64,000 nucleotides of DNA. It comes from Octopus vulgaris (taxonomy: Eukaryota). The notes under the pieces are model-generated. The model had not been told where the DNA came from. It did no database searches and saw only the letters and a list, made by a program, of their open reading frames with translations. Shown one piece after another: positions 61,024 to 64,000 of this stretch. Every line of letters starts with the position of its first letter. Position 1 is the first letter of the stretch. The stretch covers positions 207,204,001 to 207,268,000 of the forward strand of contig OX597814.1 of NCBI GenBank assembly GCA_951406725.2, in the 5' to 3' direction. The position numbers and the translations under genes are program-made.

Positions 61024-62237
61024 CAATAAAAGAACTAAGAAAATCTTGGCTGCAGGAAAATGTGCGTGTGTATGTATATTGCAGTGCCATGCATTAGTTT
61101 ATATATCATTTCCCAATAGATCTTAGTAATATGTGTTAAGGGAATTCTGCAAATGCCCATTGAGGTTAATGTGCTCGAGTACTAAGACAAGCAATAAGTT
61201 CAGATATTACTGTAGCTATGGTGTTGTGCCCCTGAGTAAGATATGTAATTTTGTTTGCTCCAATTTGTCTGTTTAAAGCCTAGTCCATTCCAATTCCCAA
61301 TTGAATGCTTAGCATTGGGAAGAATATTTTCAGTCGTGAAATAATTGCTCCATTTTAAGCAGGGAAAACAAACATGTCGCAGTGAGTGATTCAAAATTGA
61401 ACTACTAGGTAGCCAGTCGTATATCACGATCAATCCAGAGTAGTTTCACATGATTGGAAGCATGTCAACCCATTAGCCAATTCAGTGTCAACCCATTAGC
61501 CAATTCCATCTTCCAGAATCTTCTCCTTGTGGCTTTTAAAAAAGCGGTTTTTGGTGGTAATTTCAGAATTTTGAGGCAGCTGCATTTCGTGTCACCATTC
61601 TTGCCACATTCAGCAAGATAAGAAAGCTGACCTATAATAAACAGAAATTCTGTCACCATGAATATTATGCAAATATTCTTCAGTCGGGATGGGCCTGCCA
61701 CAGATTGCTAAATCAGTAAGCTTGTAAACTCTAAATGGGAAGTGACTTCCAGTATGTAATTATTACTGTTAGCTGCATAAAAAAAGTGCTGGTCTCTGAC
61801 TGGAGGGAACCTGTGGGAGAGGCAGATGCAGGAAGACATAGGACAAGGTGGTGAAGTACGATCTTCAACCATTGGGCTTCACAGAGGCAGGGACAAGTGA
61901 CTGAGACCTTTGGTGACATGCCATGCTTGAGGGGACATATCAAGCCAAGTGAAACCGTAGTCATGGCCAATGCTGGTGTCACATAAATGGCACCCCTGCT
62001 GGTAGCACATAAAAGGCACCTTTCAAACATAGGGCCTCACAGATGCAATAAGTGACCAAGACCTTTGGTGATATGCCATGTTTAACTCATCAAGCCAAGT
62101 GAAAGCATAGCATAATTGCTTTTTCCTTGTTTTTGTATTATGCTGCATATAATTTTCTTTAGATAGTTACAGACTTCAGCTATTCCAAGATGCTGTATAC
62201 ATCTTCTAGGGCCATTGTCTTCCTCATTTTCATATTT

Positions 62238-62495
62238 GGCTGTGTGATAAGTTTGCTTCCCAACCACATGGTTCTGGGTTCAGTCCCATTGCATGGAACC
62301 TTGGGCAAATGACTTCTGCTATAGTAGCTGCAAGCCAACCAAAACTTTGTGAGTGAATTTGGTAGACGGAAACTGAAAAAAAGCCTATTATGCATGTGTG
62401 CTTGACAACAACCAGTGTTGGTTTGTTTACAACCCCCCATTACTTAGTGGTTCAGCAAAAAGAGACCGACAGAATGAGTACTAAGCTTAAAAAAA
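62238..62495 (+). mobile_element. SINE family A, diverged
   Basis: Head and body recognisable, CpG-decayed. Confidence 0.7.
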
Positions 62496-63195
62496 AAAAG
62501 TAGTAGTGCAGTTGATACATAATCTCTTACTTTATATATCTAGTCAGCATTTCAAAGATTGATTTGTCTGAAAATCCTTTTTCTTAAATGAAGCCTTACC
62601 ACAATTTCCAAATATATTCCTCTGTTTCCATGTACTTAACTCAAAAACACTATGCCTCATTAACATTTGTGTGATTAGCATTATCTGGTTGTAAAATATC
62701 CCTCAAATCAAATTCTATCATCTTCAAAAAGAAAGAATACATTGAATATTGCTGTGCAATATACACAGTCTATAAAAATTAAAAAAAATAGAGAATGGTC
62801 ATAGTTGGAATGCTTTTTGATCATTGGTGTGGTTAATCAGTTTGGACAAGAACTTAGTCCCCGGGGAAATGAGATAGATCAAATAAAGTGTACTGTGCAA
62901 ATACACAAAGAAATGCCTGCAGAGGAATTGTACTAGCTGGTAGTCTAATACCATATCCATTTAGCAATTTTACTGCTGCATCCATGTTATTTAACTACAA
63001 CAGACAGTATTTATATATTCTGCTGCTAGCTGGATTGGACCAGCAACAGTTAAAAGCTTTGCCTGGATCACCAGACTTTGCTGGTGATGAGACATACAAA
63101 TCCATCGATCTTCTACTGAGTCAACTAAGCCATTATTGATTCAGTTTATTGCAAGTTTTTGTGTTTTTGTCGCTACGTATATGCACAAATATGTA

Positions 63196-63678
63196 CGAGG
63201 GAGTACTGAAAAGTTCCTGGCTTTGGATAAAAGAAAATACAGGAGGATCAGTTAATTATAGCACCATCCAATCGTGGCCGTTGCCAGCCTCACCTGGCCC
63301 CCCCCGTGCTGGTGGAACGTAAAAAGCACCATCCGATTGTGGCCGTTTGCCAGCCTCGTGTGGCACGTAAAAAGCACCCACTACACTCACTGAGTGGTTG
63401 GCGTTAGGAAGGGCATCCAGCCATAGAAACATTGCCAGATCTGACTGGGCCTGGTGCAGCCTTCTGGCTTCCCAGACCCCAGTTGAACCGTCCAACCCAT
63501 GCTAGCATGGAAAGCGGATGCTAAACGATGATGATGATGATATTCCCCTCTTGGATTCACACACTTATTGCACCAGTCCTTCAGTTCTTCTAAACCCTGT
63601 AAAAGAACTTAGAAGGTTGGGCCTCCAACCAGGCTTTCATGGTACCCTTAAAGTCAGGAATTTTTCAGCACCCCCTTG
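63196..63678. mobile_element. Mariner-type MITE interrupted by a family C retroposon (about 63261-63541, +)
   Basis: TA-flanked ends. Both halves align with 18177-18395. Confidence 0.8.
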
Positions 63679-64000
63679 TATATAACTCACATGTACCCTA
63701 AATTCCAAGTGATAAGTTGGCTGAATATGCAGTGCCATTGCTTTTTAGTATCTCTGGTATTGAAATGAATACCACTAGAAGTATTGAGGGCCAATTTTAA
63801 AATTACCTGTAATATACTTAGGTAGATTCCATCAGCAGTGTTTTCTCTCCATTTATAATCAGGAATGATTCTGCTACTCTTGATTTGTGTGCACATGTTG
63901 ATTTCTTACTTAGACTCAACAGTTTATGACTTATAGGTAAGCGTCAGCTGCAATATTGTGACATTCATGCTTTGTCTCAAAGCATTAGCTCTTTACAGGC

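Noticed and set aside
60122-61506. Short tandem duplications (about 21 bp at 60123, about 23 bp at 61463)
   Set aside because: Ordinary two-copy slippage events with no sign of function.
62888-63139. 83-aa ORF with protein-like composition
   Set aside because: No recognisable homology, no ATG at the annotated start and no convincing splice boundaries.

Overview
AT-rich, repeat-saturated animal genomic DNA. The SINE families look like those I know from Octopus genomes, so a cephalopod origin is likely (inference). The only host protein-coding sequence I can support is the first coding exon of a flotillin-1 gene (+, 29986-30031, MGFEVCGPNEVMVIS-G, GTAAGT donor). It is followed by an intron that apparently runs past the window end (>34 kb). 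The rest is transposon-derived or simple repeat: a full-length decayed Tc1 (DD34E) element, non-autonomous Helitrons confined to about 3-18 kb, mariner/hAT/piggyBac-type MITEs, Tx1/L1-like, CR1-like and Penelope-like retroelement fragments, at least four SINE families and long microsatellites. Nearly all ORFs in the supplied track are repeat artefacts. I found no new protein-coding system. The most interesting signals are (1) a SINE family that inserts into itself (three-level nest with three readable TSDs, GG(T/A)A target bias, 3' tail shared with a Tx1-like LINE), (2) several long fold-back structures, some in the flotillin intron, (3) hammerhead-ribozyme-like motifs in Penelope termini, and (4) CpG decay in intronic repeats with a CpG-retaining island at about 53.6-58.4 kb. 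Coordinates were read by eye; repeat boundaries without TSDs are approximate.
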